From positions 39,606 to 103,605 of the IMG/VR virus record IMGVR_UViG_3300010885_030180: a DNA stretch of 64,000 nucleotides. The stretch is one strand, 5' to 3'. Below, in pieces: positions 63,909 through 64,000 of this stretch. The DNA comes from a virus. The position numbers and the translations under genes were made by a program. The stretch's first letter is position 1; each line of letters starts with the position of its first letter. Below the pieces are notes generated by a model that made no database searches, was not told where the DNA came from, and saw only the letters and a program-made list of their open reading frames with translations.

Positions 63909-64000
63909 ATGATAGTTAAATTTGCAAATGCAATTGGTCGTGCTCATGGAAAGTTTTTTACCTGGTTAGGTCAAAAAGCGGAATCTAATCCATGGTGGGC
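63909..64000 (+). CDS. Partial ORF (MIVKFANAIGRAHGKFFTWLGQKAESNPWW...), 3'-truncated
   Basis: SD AAGGA immediately after the tmRNA CCA; open to the window end. Confidence 0.55.
   Translation, partial: MIVKFANAIGRAHGKFFTWLGQKAESNPWW

Noticed and set aside
1-64000. Alternative genetic code or stop-codon reassignment
   Set aside because: TAA, TAG and TGA all end genes cleanly and coding density is high under the standard code

Overview
A 64-kb, AT-rich, densely coding, almost entirely + strand segment of a large T4-like (probably jumbo) tailed phage genome. Standard genetic code; no CRISPR array or complete tRNA seen. (1) 1-39975: giant virion-surface/tail-fibre genes: GYTGS collagen-like proteins, a 21-repeat putative-Ig protein, an Mtd_N-type protein with four phycobiliprotein-like CxRD repeats, a 3193-aa fibre, and an array of glycine-rich (polyglycine) and LamG adhesin-like proteins. 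One of these genes is split by a 1-nt frameshift near 28572. (2) 40023-44779: a five-domain glycosyltransferase/methyltransferase plus a second FkbM methyltransferase behind a near-perfect sigma70 promoter. (3) 44807-49534: accessory genes (secreted nuclease, small overlapping ORFs, a GC-rich structured RNA candidate, GNATs, an HExxH protein, an alpha/beta hydrolase, a free-standing GIY-YIG endonuclease). (4) 49697-57725: late/head-associated proteins, several with T4-like MxIxELLxE leaders, plus a PD-(D/E)XK nuclease and a pectin-lyase-fold tail protein. (5) 57757-64000: nrdA, nrdB, glutaredoxin, an NlpC/P60-CHAP-like hydrolase, a pseudoknotted small-RNA candidate and the acceptor half of an apparently permuted tmRNA. 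T4-type late promoters (TATAAATA/xTAAATA) and host sigma70 promoters coexist. All product calls are from motif recognition by eye; no database searches were run.
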